DNA of 62,170 nucleotides, filler included, from Squatina squatina (lineage: Eukaryota): NCBI GenBank assembly GCA_031763465.1. It is 3 parts of 3 records of this genome, joined end to end, with 100 filler letters (N's around TTAATTAATTAA, not from the genome) between each part and the next. Parts side by side here need not be neighbours in the genome. Positions count along the whole stretch, not along the records: positions 1 to 15,584 come from JARFOE010000079.1; positions 15,685 to 44,759 come from JARFOE010000001.1; 1 more part is not named here. The stretch is one strand, 5' to 3'. Position 1 is the stretch's first letter. The number at the start of each line of letters is the position of its first letter. A program made the translations under genes and the position numbers. The notes under the pieces were generated by a model, which had not been told where the DNA came from, made no database searches, and saw nothing but the letters and a program-made list of their open reading frames with translations. Positions 15,237 to 28,080 of this stretch are shown in pieces.

Positions 15237-15584
15237 AAACATAGAAAATAGGAGCAGGAGTAGGCCATTCGGCCCTGCTCTGCCATTCAATATGATCAAG
15301 GCTGATCATCTAAATTCAGAACCCTGTTCCCACTTTCTCCCCATATCCCTTGATCCCTCTAGCAATAAGAACTATATCTAACTCCTTCTTGAATATATTT
15401 AATGACTTGGCCTCAACTGCCTTCTGTAATAAAGAATTCCACAGGTTCACCACATTCTGGGTGAAGAAATTTCTCCTCATCTCAGTCCTAAATGGCTTAC
15501 CCCTTACCCTTAGACTGTGACCCCTGGTTCTGGACTCACCCGCCATCAGGAACATCCTTCCTGCATCTAGTCTGTCCAGTCCTG
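15237..15584 (-). mobile_element. CR1-type LINE 3' end
   Basis: ORF 15316-15555: ESRTRGHSLRVRGKPFRTEMRRNFFTQNVVNLWNSL; tail ttctatgttt. Confidence 0.9.
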
Positions 15585-15684
15585 NNNNNNNNNNNNNNNN
15601 NNNNNNNNNNNNNNNNNNNNNNNNNNNNTTAATTAATTAANNNNNNNNNNNNNNNNNNNNNNNNNNNNNNNNNNNNNNNNNNNN
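15585..15684. other. Synthetic assembly linker N44-TTAATTAATTAA-N44
   Basis: Exactly 44 N + 12 nt + 44 N = 100; the 12-mer places stop codons in all six frames. Confidence 0.9.
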
Positions 15685-16577
15685 AGTGGAAGTACAAGAT
15701 GCGAACTACATTGTTACACTGGGCAACATCCTTAGTTTAAGATTTTAGACCAATGGTTCAAATCTAGCCTTTTAAATTCAGAGGTATGGGCAATAAAGTC
15801 ACTTGCAAAATATTGTGTCAGATATTGGATATATGTGGAGGCACAAAAAGGATACAACATAGAATGGAAAAATGTCCATATGTAGGGACGATGGGCCGAA
15901 TAGTCTCCTCCCGTGCTGTAAGATTCTGTGATATGTTTACAACGAATGACGTAAATCATGTGGTTGTGTGGAGTTTGACAACTTTGAAAGATTTTTTTCC
16001 CAGAAGTCTGAAAAACTCCGGTTCTAGCTACCAAAAAACAGACAAAGTCTTTGATAAGGAAAGTAATGGCTGTGAAAGTATTTACCTAAATAGCAAAGTA
16101 TTTAGACATGCCATTGTGCTGTACACCTGTTGAAATCAATCCGGCAGGCACCATGAAAGCAGACTTGAATGGATTTCTTTACAGTCAGTGAAAGAACATT
16201 TTCTAAAGAATGGAGAGTTACTGTACAGGCTGCTTGGTACTGTACTATGGGCCTGCACTGAAGCAGCCACGGGCATAGTTTTAACCACTGTACCTGAAAC
16301 AGTGCCTTTGTTCTTTCTCAAAGCACGCATTAGAGGCCACTGAACGGTCTCAGCAATTTCAAAGCATTAATCAAACATGACATACAAAATGCTGTCACTA
16401 CAGCAGCCCACCCACTATAGGACTGTGGCTGATGGGTTTTCAAAAAGCAAAATAACTGGAGCTTAATATTAATGGCTTTTTTGGGCAGTTGAAGCATTCC
16501 TCATGTAAAGTTGAAATTTTAAGCATGAGGCAGGTTAGGTAGAAGAAAGTATGAGAATTTTAAAGCATTTCTGTCAG

Positions 16578-16788
16578 AAACTCAATCTGAGATTCAGGAT
16601 CAAACTAACACCATCATCTACACATTTTTAAACTCAGTCTGAGATTCAGGATCAAACTAACACCATCATCTACACATTTTTAAACTCAGTCTGAGATTCA
16701 GGATCAAACTAACGCCATCATCTACACATTTTTAAACTCAGTCTGAGATTCAGGATCAAACGAGCACCACCATCGACACATTTTTAAA
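16578..16788. repeat. 52-bp minisatellite, 4 copies
   Basis: Unit aaactcagtctgagattcaggatcaaactaacaccatcatctacacattttt starts at 16578, 16630, 16682 and 16734. Confidence 0.92.
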
Positions 16789-18163
16789 GGAAAAGCAGAT
16801 TTTTTTTCCAGCAGTAACACGATCATTCCATGGTCTTGCTTTAGGGCACTTGAGACAGTTCTTTCATTGTTAGACCTGACACTTATCTCTTTCTTAAAGC
16901 ATGGGATTTAAATCAGATGTTTCTTGAAAGAGAGAAAAAAACAGGNNNNNNNNNNNNNNNNNNNNNNNNNNNNNNNNNNNNNNNNNNNNNNNNNNNNNNN
17001 NNNNNNNNNNNNNNNNNNNNNNNNNNNNNNNNNNNNNNNNNNNNNGCCCTGCCCAATTGGGGCAGGGCTCAGCTTGCTGGACACATGATGTTCAGGCTCA
17101 GACAAATTCAGTCCACTCCTCGGGCCTCCCTGGGTACACGCCTAACAAATCTCCCATTTTCAGGTACTAATGAACAAAAGGAAGGAGTAATTTAGTCCAT
17201 CACTCCTGAAAATTTTAGCACCACTGAGGTATAATATTACATATGATTAGAAATAATGAAAGCAGTTTGGTATTTTGCAACTGACACACTTGCCCACTGC
17301 TACTTTCCAGAATTCGAGCTACCTCATTCATCTCACTTATTCAGAGCAAAAACAGGTATTATTGTCAAACTGTATGTCAGTGTCTAATACACATTGCCAC
17401 TGATTGATTTCATTTTTACAAGGTGACGGCTCTGGTATTCATTCAGTTAGTGAGAAGACTGACTAAAATAGATGAACCATGTGAAAATTCTTCCTGCAAG
17501 AGAACACGACTTGAGTACACAAGGTGAGGAGGACGTATTTGAAGAACCAGNNNNNNNNNNAGGTATAGGGGATTGTTGGATATCTGAAATTTTTTGCGTG
17601 TGTTTCAGCAAGTTTTGAATTGATAGAATAGGATTCGGGTATTTCCCTACATTAAAGGTACTATTTAAATGCACGTTGTTGTTAATAAATGTAGGCCCTC
17701 AAGAACACTGGGGGCAATTTTGACTTTGGGTGATGGTGTTGAATCAGCCCCCCATCCCCTCCTCCATTACGCATCGCTCCTGATTTCCATTTCCATTTAA
17801 GTCATTATCCATTAGTGCCAGTTTTACACTATAACCCATATTTAAAATTACGCTCACTGTCTTTGAAATCCACATAAGCATCCATGTTCTAATGAGGGTG
17901 TATAAAAAAGGGTTACTTTATATTTCCAGTTGGGGAAGACTAATAAACAACATTCCCAATTTTGGGAGAATGGCAAAGATGGGCTTGATCTGGCCTATGG
18001 TGCAGGCATAGACCAGCTCAGCGGACAGGCTTGATCTGACTACTGTAACATGAAAAGAGCAGANNNNNNNNNNNNNNNNNNNNNNNNNNNNNNNNNNNNN
18101 NNNNNNNNNNNNNNNNNNNNNNNNNNNNNNNNNNNNNNNNNNNNNNNNNNNNNNNNNNNNNNN

Positions 18164-18548
18164 TTAGAAGAATGAGAGGGGATCTCATTGAAACTTATAA
18201 AATTCTGACAGGACTGGACAGACTAGATGCAGGGAGGATGAGTCCAGAACCAGGGGTCACAGAATATGGGGTATGCCATTTAGGACTGAGATGAGGAGAA
18301 ATTTCTTCACTCAGAGGGTCGTGAACCTGTGGAACTCTTTACCATAGAAGGCCGTGGAGGCCAAGTCATTAAATATATTCAAGAAGGAGATCGATAGATT
18401 TCTTGCTACTAAAGGCCTCAAGGGATATGGGGAGAAAGCAGGAATGTGATACTGAGCTCGAGGATCAGCCATGATCATATGGAATGGCGGAGCAGGCCTG
18501 AAGGGCTAAATGGCCTACTCCTGCTCCTAATTTCTATGTTTCTATGTT
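18164..18548 (+). mobile_element. CR1-type LINE 3' end
   Basis: RRMRGDLIETYKILTGLDRLD...FRTEMRRNFFTQRVVNLWNSLP and a (ttctatgt)n tail; same family as 15237-15584. Confidence 0.9.
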
Positions 18549-20087
18549 TTTAAAAACCCTGGGCCCCGGTGTCTCAAATACGTGAAATGTGGATTTTATT
18601 TCAAGAATGGAAGATATCATTGTGCTTAGAACTAACTGATCTTAACACCTAAATAGCAGTTTGGAAATAAATTTAAATCACTTTTATGCTGCTTTTGTAT
18701 CCATAAGTTGCCTAGTTATACCACACAGCTGTGTGTATCTGTCCCATGTGCCTTCTGAAACACATATGTTACAATGAATGCTATTCCACTGCAAATAATT
18801 CATTAATTTTACCCAATTAAAAATCTACCACAAATGTTATAGGCAGACACCATGTTTACTAGTGTTGTATGACTTTTTAACATTTTTGTATTTGTTTTTC
18901 TTGTTAGTTTTCTCCCCTATTCTTTTCTTGATTTCTTGCTGAGATAACATTCCTTGGGTGCTCATTCCCCCCTCTGCTACCCTCTCTACTTTGCCATTAT
19001 TCTTGTGTGTACCTTTGCAGTGTGCGTTGGCAGACTATTCATCTACAGAGATCCTAATCCTACTATCTAACAACATCTGCATACATAGTTGCAACACTAG
19101 ACAGTAGAAGCAGGAACAGTGGCCAATTTAATTCCCCTCCATAACGAAATTGCAATAATTTTACTGCCACNNNNNNNNNNNNNNNNNNNNNNNNNNNNNN
19201 NNNNNNNNNNNNNNNNNNNNNNNNNNNNNNNNNNNNNNNNNNNNNNNNNNNNNNNNNNNNNNNNNNNNNNAATGATTTTAATAATAAAACTTAATAAAAT
19301 CCCCAGATGCTAACACAGAAAGGAGACCAATGTATTGTGTTTTCATGGGAATGGAGTTTCACTGGCCCAGCAAACAGGCTCAGTAAATTCGGTGTAGATT
19401 TGATTTTGTGACATTGTCTACACTGTAATACAATACTTAAAAGTAGTTTATAATCATTGTAAGGCTTCAGCAATTGATGCCTTGGGATATACAATGTTTT
19501 GTTTATTGCCCTGTGTAATTTATAGCTTTTGTGCTCCTTTTTCTTATTTCATTCCTTTTCTGTACTGATTATCCGACTGCTGCCTTTCACTGGAGAATCC
19601 AGCTGCCTCCTCCTGTACAATTTAATATCATTGGGGGTAATTTTGACTTTGGGTGATAACGCAAAACAGTTGATAACAAATCAATAGCATTTATATTTCC
19701 ATTGTGAAATGGGCTGCAAAGCCAATCAAGTAGCATAGAAAATAGAAACCTCAGCTGTGAGAAACGTTAATTAATGGAAAGCTGAATATAGCAATCCATT
19801 ATCAGAGAAGCCCTGGGCTCTAGACATAAGCTATGATTGGTGACCTTTAACATTGTTTTTATTTTACCAACTTCCACCAATAAATTCACAAGATGTTCTG
19901 AGTTGGTGGATTAGTTAAAAATTGATCTTTGTCCACTTTTTATATTTTATTGGTCCTAATTCTGCTTTCAAAAGTCTGAATTCACTTACTCATTGTGGAC
20001 ACTGGTGTGCATCACACCAGTGATATCATGACGTGTGTTGTGTGATCCACACAGCAAGTAGGATGCATGTGCATCTTGATACACATG

Positions 20088-20356
20088 ACGGGAATGGTAG
20101 CGTAGTGGTTATGTTACTGGACTATTGATCCAGAGACATGAGTTCCGAATACCCACCACGGCAGCTATGGATTCTCAATTCAGTTAATTAAATAAATCTG
20201 GAATAAAAGCTAGTATTAGTGATGATGGCCATGAAACTACCGGCTGGTCGTACAAACCCATCTGGTTCACTGTTGTCCTTTAGGAAAGCAATTCTGTCGT
20301 CCTTACCTGGTCTGGCCTATATGTAACTCCAGACCTACAACAATGTGGTTGAAATG
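20088..20356 (+). mobile_element. tRNA-derived SINE (second family)
   Basis: A-box-like tggtagcgtagtgg and a degenerate B-box-like segment, then acccatctggttcactg...ccttacctggtctggcctatatgtaactccagacc, which I recognise as a common shark repeat. Confidence 0.6.
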
Positions 20357-21820
20357 NNNNNNNNNNNNNNNNNNNNNNNNNNNNNNNNNNNNNNNNNNNN
20401 NNNNNNNNNNNNNNNNNNNNNNNNNNNNNNNNNNNNNNNNNNNNNNNNNNNNNNNNGCTAGATGTGTCATCACCTGCAGGACACCTCACCCTCCCACTAG
20501 ATTGGATTGGAATGATGAATGTTGACCACTACCCCTTGATGTTTACTCTTTGCCATATGAGGCTAACAGAAATTGGGACAAATAAAAATATATATATAAA
20601 GTGTTGCAGTTACTGTTTAAATAATAAGTACAACTGAAGAAAATATAGTCAGAGAAGGAAAACAGCAGCAAACAAGTAAAGAGAGACATTTAGCTCGGGT
20701 ATTTGAGTCATGTTTGAATTAAAAAGAACTCATTTGGCCTTGTGCCTCAGCTGCTGTAGCTACTTTTTACCCTGTCAGAAGTCAGTAAAATATAAAACAT
20801 GATTTCTGCAGTAAATCAGGGTGTTACTAAACCAGTATTCAAACCAGCCCAAACATAACCACTGGAACATTCTGTTGCAGGTGATAAATATCTTCCTTCT
20901 AGAATTTGACTTATATAAATTGAATACTCTTCTTTTGTGGATCTGTAACATGTTGTTCTTTAGTTATGCAGGGACCTATGCCAATAAGGTGTGGCAGTTC
21001 TGTTATATGTGGGAGGAAGGAAGACCATTATGCTCCACACTTCTGTCTTACACTAATGAAAGAATGTATCGTACTTACCAGCAGTGATGAGATAATCTGT
21101 TTGTTCTGTGCATATCTGATTCTTGACAGAACCTCAGGCATATTCTTACATGAATTCTGGCTTACTACTGACTGCTAACTTGTACGAGTTATCTTTTTAG
21201 CCTCTTGATCAGCCATCATTCCCCAGCCAAGAATGTAGGCAGACAACCTGCTTCTAGGCCTCTGGTCACTTCTACATTTTAGCTAATCACTAACAGACAC
21301 TTAAGACCATTGTGTGTGACTCACCATACATTTTTCTTTGTCTGGCTGTTTAGAAGTGCCTAGTATCACCTCAGTGCCTGTTTAGCAATTCCCCCTAAGA
21401 TTTGGGTCCATATCCAAGGGTATAGAACATATACTTCCATTCAGTGTCACAGCAAAATGGAGCTGAGGCTCTGCTCACTCTCGGTTTTCACCTTCAATAT
21501 TAATCGTGTGGTTGATGAACTTACCATTCATGCTTAATGTAATAAAGACTGTCGTCATTCACTCTCTGTGAATTAAGAGAACTCTGGAACTGGATGTTTT
21601 TCTCTCACAGGGACTGTCTTGCAATCTGCATCAACTTTGTATCAAAATGATCTCAAACTAACTACGTGTTGTTATTTGAGTGTATGATACAATTTTTTCC
21701 TCTTGAAAGATTAATCTAAAACTGTCTGCTATGGCCAAAAGCTATATATTATTTTCTCCTTTACATTTGATTTGGCCAGTTGGAGTCTCTACAGGTGAAC
21801 AGTCACAACACCTGTGCAGT

Positions 21821-22112
21821 GAACCAGGGGTCACAGTCTCAGAATAAGGGGTCGGCCATTTAGCACTGAGATGAGGGGTCATTTCTTCACACAGAGGGTG
21901 GTGAATCTTTGGAATTCTCCACCCCGAGGGCTGTGGAGACTCAGTCGTTGAGTATATTAGACACACGGGGGCGATAAATTTTTGTGAACAAATGGAATTA
22001 AGGGATTTGGGAATAGTGCGGGAAGGTGGAATTGAAGTAGATCGGCATGATCTTGTTGAATGGCGGAGCAGGCTCGAAGGGCCAAATGCCTTACTCCAGC
22101 TCCTATTTCTGA
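21821..22112 (+). mobile_element. CR1-type LINE 3' end
   Basis: TRGHSLRIRGRPFSTEMRGHFFTQRVVNLWNSP plus the CR1 3' UTR. Confidence 0.85.
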
Positions 22113-25100
22113 TTTTCTTGTGGAAGGATTTTTAGAAGTACCATATGCAATGTTGGAACAATGTAAGAGAGGAAACTTTTTATCTCCCATGACGAAGGGA
22201 CTGCTCATTCCTTCGTTCTTGCGTTGCGCTCGCTAGACAAGCTGTACGGGAAGCTATCATGGTCTTTCTGGTAAAGACTTCGAAAGCTGAATGTCAAATA
22301 AAATCCTGAAGTGTCTCACCTGATCCTTGACCTTTCGTATCCTGAACTAAAGAGAGAGAGGCAAATCCCAACAACTTTTCATACTTAATTGTTTTCTATT
22401 GCTATGTTCTGCTGACAGAAGCATCCACATAATTAGTTACTCTGATAAATACTCGGTGGCTTCTCATTGGCACTTTTCCAGTCACTTTTGATTTGTATAT
22501 TCCTGACCTCGTCAGGTCTTTGTTTGCTGCTGTTTTACTTTTGAGCCACTGAGCAAACTAATTCCACATAAGTTTGATTGTAAAACATGCAATATCACAA
22601 TTTGCATAACAGGAAATAAATGTGACCAAGAGGAAGTGTGTGCCAACTGCAAGAATTTTAACACATTCAAGCTATAATGGGCCTGAAATTGCGGCGTCCC
22701 CCGGTGGGACGAATGTTCCCACGCACCCGGGGAGACNNNNNNNNNNNNNNNNNNNNNNNNNNNNNNNNNNNNNNNNNNNNNNNNNNNNNNNNNNNNNNNN
22801 NNNNNNNNNNNNNNNNNNNNNNNNNNNNNNNNNNNNACTGGCACATGACTCCTTGACTTGGAGTTAGATGCCTTTGTTGGTTCCTGAGCTACAGTAAAAT
22901 TCGATTTTCTTGGAGGTCCTTATTTCACCACTTTTCTGTTTTATTTCTAAGTCCTTCAATTATACTTAACTGCCAATGATTTAACAGATAGTATTAGGTT
23001 ATTTTTGTTTCTTCAGATATGTTGCTTTCATATTTTGAAGCTAAATCAGAGAAAAGAAAACTTGTGATATAAAGCCACTGAAAATTGCTGATGACAAAAA
23101 TGAAATGAGAAAACCTCTCTTTTGAAGGACACATTCTTGCACAGAACCTTTTATTGTTCTAGAAGCGCAAACAAAATGTACAATGTGATCCCCTGCTGGG
23201 TGATAGGAAATGATGCTTGGCCCCATTAATAACGTTTAATGAAGCTGTCTCACATCTTGTGCAAGAGGATTTGAAGCCAGTTGAAAGTGTCATATGGAAA
23301 ATTACATTCTGTGCTAATGGAGCAAGGACCTGTTGAGTGGAATTACCCACCTGACTTTCTGGTTCTCTTGCACCCATTCTGTGCCGGCAAGACCGTTCCT
23401 GCCGATGGGAAAATATTTCTATTGTTGTATAAACAGAGCGTAACCATGAGTTGAAGTAGGAGCAGCTCCAAGGAAATTACCGTGCTTCAAAAACAGACAC
23501 TGAGTTCAAGATAACTAAGAAAAAGGCATAATTTGATTGGAGCATGCCTGAGTCTAAATTAAATAAAAGCATAATTCATTGTCCATTGTCTTTTAGGCAT
23601 AGAAATGGGAGTGAGTTTCCTTGAAAGTTCTCTCACTCTGCCCACCATAACTTTGGTAGAAGTTTGGCGGAGCGGGAGAAGCCCTGAGGGACTTCATCCT
23701 AAATGTTTCATAAGACTTTGGACCTTGTGAAAGATAACATTTATGATGCTTTTAAACTCAGAAACCAAAGTGAAGGGCCAACAGCCACAGTAGATGACCC
23801 CAGAAGTATGAAAAAGCAAATGAAAATAAAAAATCAATTGGGAAGTTGTGAATAGGTAACACCAAGCTTGGGTTTTAAAAGGTGAAGATTTTAGGAGGAA
23901 AGAAACACTAACGAGACGCACGGAATTCCACAGTTTTTAGCCTACATTTTCCGACTGAGATTATTTATTTTAAATCACTTATGACCAATGTTAAAATAAT
24001 GTCGCTCCAACTTTTCGGTTTTGAGGTCCTGGGAAAGAATGATGTGATGGCATTGTGGAATCAGTGGGACCTGGATTCTTCCCAAGGAAAAATACTTTGT
24101 GAAACATGGCTTACAATGTTACTCTGGGGAATAAGTCTGCATTTGACTGGAACTCGAGGCATTCATTCAGGTCAGTCAAAGGAAACGACCAGGGCCTGGA
24201 GCATCAATCTGATGGAGTCCATGCCAGTCACAGCCTGAAGTATTTTCTTTCAAGCAGGAGAGAAATTTGAATGGATTAAGATATGGAATGTTCAGCTTGA
24301 AAGTCTGGAGTAAGGGGGAATCGGTATTGAATAGGGCTTGGAAGATCTTAATGGCTCTGCCTGGTAAGGTAGGCTGGGATTTTGTGTTCCGGTGAAATCC
24401 TAGCTTTTTCCTTAACTTGAGCAGATTTCTCCAGAATGAAACTCTTTTGGATATATTTGGTGGATTCCTGGTGGCATTCTAACCTCTGCAATTGAGGTAG
24501 CCCTTCAACTATTAAAACCCCTCTACTGCCATAGCAATGCTGGATGCTGGGACGAACAGATAGGAAATTGGAGGCCCTAAAGAATTAGTTGGGACCTGAT
24601 TGAACAAGTCTCTGGCACAGTCTTCACACCTGACTAACTCTATTCCACCAAAATTATGGTGGCGAGAGGGATGAAAATCATGGCTCCCATATCCAAAATG
24701 GCCCTCCAATGCTGGTTCCTGCCTAAGGCCGCTCTTTGTCTTTTCATCTCTGGGGGGACGGGCCCAGCTCAACTGATGGGGGATCATGAGCTGGGGGGGG
24801 TTCACAAGTTCCCGACATGCATTCCTGGCACGTGACAGGAAAACCAAAGCATTCTGAATGGAACTGCTTTCCTTTAAGGCCACAGGGATCAGTTCNNNNN
24901 NNNNNNNNNNNNNNNNNNNNNNNNNNNNNNNNNNNNNNNNNNNNNNNNNNNNNNNNNNNNNNNNNNNNNNNNNNNNNNNNNNNNNNNNNNNNNNNGGTGG
25001 TGCACAATGTTGCTGTATGTACAAAATATACAGGTTTCTGTGTTTGACGTTTAACTGTCTTGGAACAATATGAAACATTTCTCTTTTTTTTCTCTTTTAC

Positions 25101-27651
25101 ATTCAGTGGGGTAAACAGTCTGCCTTACATTATAGTGAAGTAGCTATCTGTCCATGATGCTTTATTCCAGATGGGTCAGGATTCAGATAATTCAAATTTA
25201 AAGGAGCCAATCTGAAATCAGAAAGAATCTAAATGTTTGTCACAAGGGATGTGCATACCAGATGATGTCTTGAGTTTAAAGCAACTGTGTTGGCTGGGTT
25301 TTTTGAATTGCTGCCTTGACACAACAATTTATGTGCATATTAATCCATCTGGGAAGCAATTTGACTGAAGGCAGAGTAAGCTGACAGAGCAGAGATAGAT
25401 TGAGAGACAGAAACATAAAGAAGGGAGAAAGATTACCTGAGAAAGAGATTGAAAGAAAATACAGAAAGCAAAAGGGAGGGAAGTAGAAAGAGAGCAGTAG
25501 TAGTGTGATAGAAAAAAATAGGAGGGAACATGAGAAAGCGTGGGGAAGAGAGAAAGAAATATTGAGAAATTAGATTACTGATAACAGTTTCTTGAAAGGA
25601 ATACTATGTTCCCAAAATAAACCATCTGATGATGTAACTTTTAGTATGATGCCCTGCGCGGAAAGATATATATAAAGTTTTATTGTAATTGGTATTTCTC
25701 CACATGAGTATCGTTATATTTTTAGGAACTCAGAAAATCTTGCCAGAGAGTCTCCATTTTTTTTGGCTTGATCTCTAATACAGAAGGCTGTCTGATTCCT
25801 TAGGTCCCAGCCCATTTGACTATATATCTGTANNNNNNNNNNNNNNNNNNNNNNNNNNNNNNNNNNNNNNNNNNNNNNNNNNNNNNNNNNNNNNNNNNNN
25901 NNNNNNNNNNNNNNNNNNNNNNNNNNNNNNNNTCAGCTTCTGTGGTAACAAATTGCTTCTCTTATTTCAGGGTGCTGCTGTAATGATCTTCACAGTGAAT
26001 ATTTCTCCCATTACTTGAAGTTTTAAAATAATGATTTTAGGTAGACACAGCAATTTATATAGTGGCTCATTGATTTTGATTAAAAACTGATTTTATCCAA
26101 ATGTAACTTTAATGGGAACTTTAATATATCTGCCTATGATCCCAGAGCAGAATTGGTATTGAAAGCTTATAAAGAGTCTGAAGCTCATGCAATCATTCCT
26201 CTTGCAGGACGATGGCTGGGAGGGGAAGGGGAGAATAAATGAGCTAGTATAAGTAGATTGCTGCGAGTTTTGAGAAGGGCAAAAATTATGTACTTTTTCA
26301 TATTTGCTTTTGTTTTTACAGCCTAAACTGAATAGGAACGAGCTACCCATGGCAATTACATTCAGAACGGTAATCCGTTGTACTAAAGTTCTTTTTTTTT
26401 GTACTTAGGTCTACACAGTGAGTGCTGTCAGTTATTCCTGGCAAGTTCAAAGTCTGCATGCGCCGTCTGCACTTTAAGCCATTTTCCACATAAAAGATTG
26501 ACACAATCTATCATAGATTTGGAAGGATTTGACAGTACATAATAAAACAATAGCAACTGTTATTCCTTGGCTGTCTTCCCCTCTCTTTATTCACTTTAAG
26601 GACAAATCTGCTGTGCATTCCTACCTCTTTTCCCTTGCTAGATCAAGTATTCCTGAGGTGAAAAGTCCAAATGAGGTTTTGAAACATACTGGACGAGTTT
26701 GGCTTTGAACAGATTGGCATAAATCTTACGCAGAGTAAAGTTGAAATATTTTGCAGCTGTTTATAGGTTATGGGAGATAAGTTTTAAATGTTGTATCTAT
26801 AATTGTGTGTGTATATATATATTTATATATGTACTTGTGCACGTGTGACATATATACACACACATATATCTATCTAAAATATCCCAATGAACTCAAGTTC
26901 TAAGCCTGAAATGATAGATATAACACAAGATGAAACAAAATGAAACCCACTGTGTCTGTTTGATATCTTTTATTATGTGAAGGACTGACTAGAGTAGTGA
27001 AAAACATTAAAGCAGAGTTCTTGCCAAAAGACAGTCTTGTGAAATGAGACGACAATTATAATCCATCAGATGCAAGTTCAAATGTACTTAAAAGGAAGGC
27101 AGAAAACATTCTGCAAATATATTTTAAAATGTTCTATGTCTCCAAAATATCCTTCAACCCTACAGCACACAGGCACGTACAATTACTCCAGCTGTTTGGA
27201 ATTTCAGAACAATAATTTTTTTTTAAAAAATGGATAAAACCTGAAACTTGTGCAAATGCTTTTATCTCTGAAAAACCACTAGTCTGTCACAATTAGAACT
27301 GCACTTGCTGGGGTCAGGTTTTACTAAGNNNNNNNNNNNNNNNNNNNNNNNNNNNNNNNNNNNNNNNNNNNNNNNNNNNNNNNNNNNNNNNNNNNNNNNN
27401 NNNNNNNNNNNNNNNNNNNNNNNNNNNNCCTAACGCAGAAATCCTGAAGTTGCCGTTCATCATTCACGGCTCTGCGCTGTGGACCTGCGTGGCCTCCCCC
27501 CATAGTGTAACCAGGAAAATCAGTGAAATTGATAAAAACTTTGGCTTTTCCACAGTAATATCTTGCGATCTTTGTGGGAGGCTTACTCCGGGGTCAGTGG
27601 CGAATGCCTTTGCTTCACTGCTGACTGCATATTAAGGGCCAATACCTCTAA

Positions 27652-28080
27652 CAATGAGCTTGAACCCACAACCTTCTGACTCAGAGGTGAGAGTGCTATC
27701 AGAGCCAAATTGTCAACAACAATAACAACTTGCATTTAGATAGCTCCTTTAACGTAGTAAAACTTCACAAGGCTCTTTGCAGGAGCATAATTGCAGAGCC
27801 AAAGAAGGAGATATTAGAACAGATGAGGTAGGTTTTAAGGAGCATCTTAAAGGAGGTGAGAGAGGTGGAGAGATGTTGGGGTTTAGGGAATTCAAGAGCT
27901 CAGGGCCTCGATGGCTGTGGGCATGACCGCCAGTGGTGGGGTGAAGGAAGTGGGGAATGCACAAGTGGCCAGAATTGGAGAAACACAGAGTTCTTAGTGG
28001 GTTGTAGGGATGGTTGTACAGAGCTAGGGGTGGCGAGACCTTGGAAGGATTTGAACATAGGGACGAAAATTTTAAAGTTG
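27652..28080 (-). mobile_element. SINE head fragment followed by an L2-type LINE 3' end
   Basis: cttgaacccacaaccttctgactcagagg is the reverse complement of the SINE head; acaacttgcatttagatagctcctttaacgtagtaaaac...gaattcaagagctcagggcc is an L2-like 3' end. Confidence 0.6.

Noticed and set aside
15629-15640. TTAATTAATTAA as a biological palindrome or homeodomain/PacI site
   Set aside because: Centred exactly within 44+44 Ns at two places, so it is synthetic
16578-16788. CRISPR-like array
   Set aside because: Head-to-tail units with no unique spacers, no cas genes, vertebrate context
20088-20165. tRNA gene
   Set aside because: Only a degenerate tRNA-like head that continues into a SINE body; no clean cloverleaf
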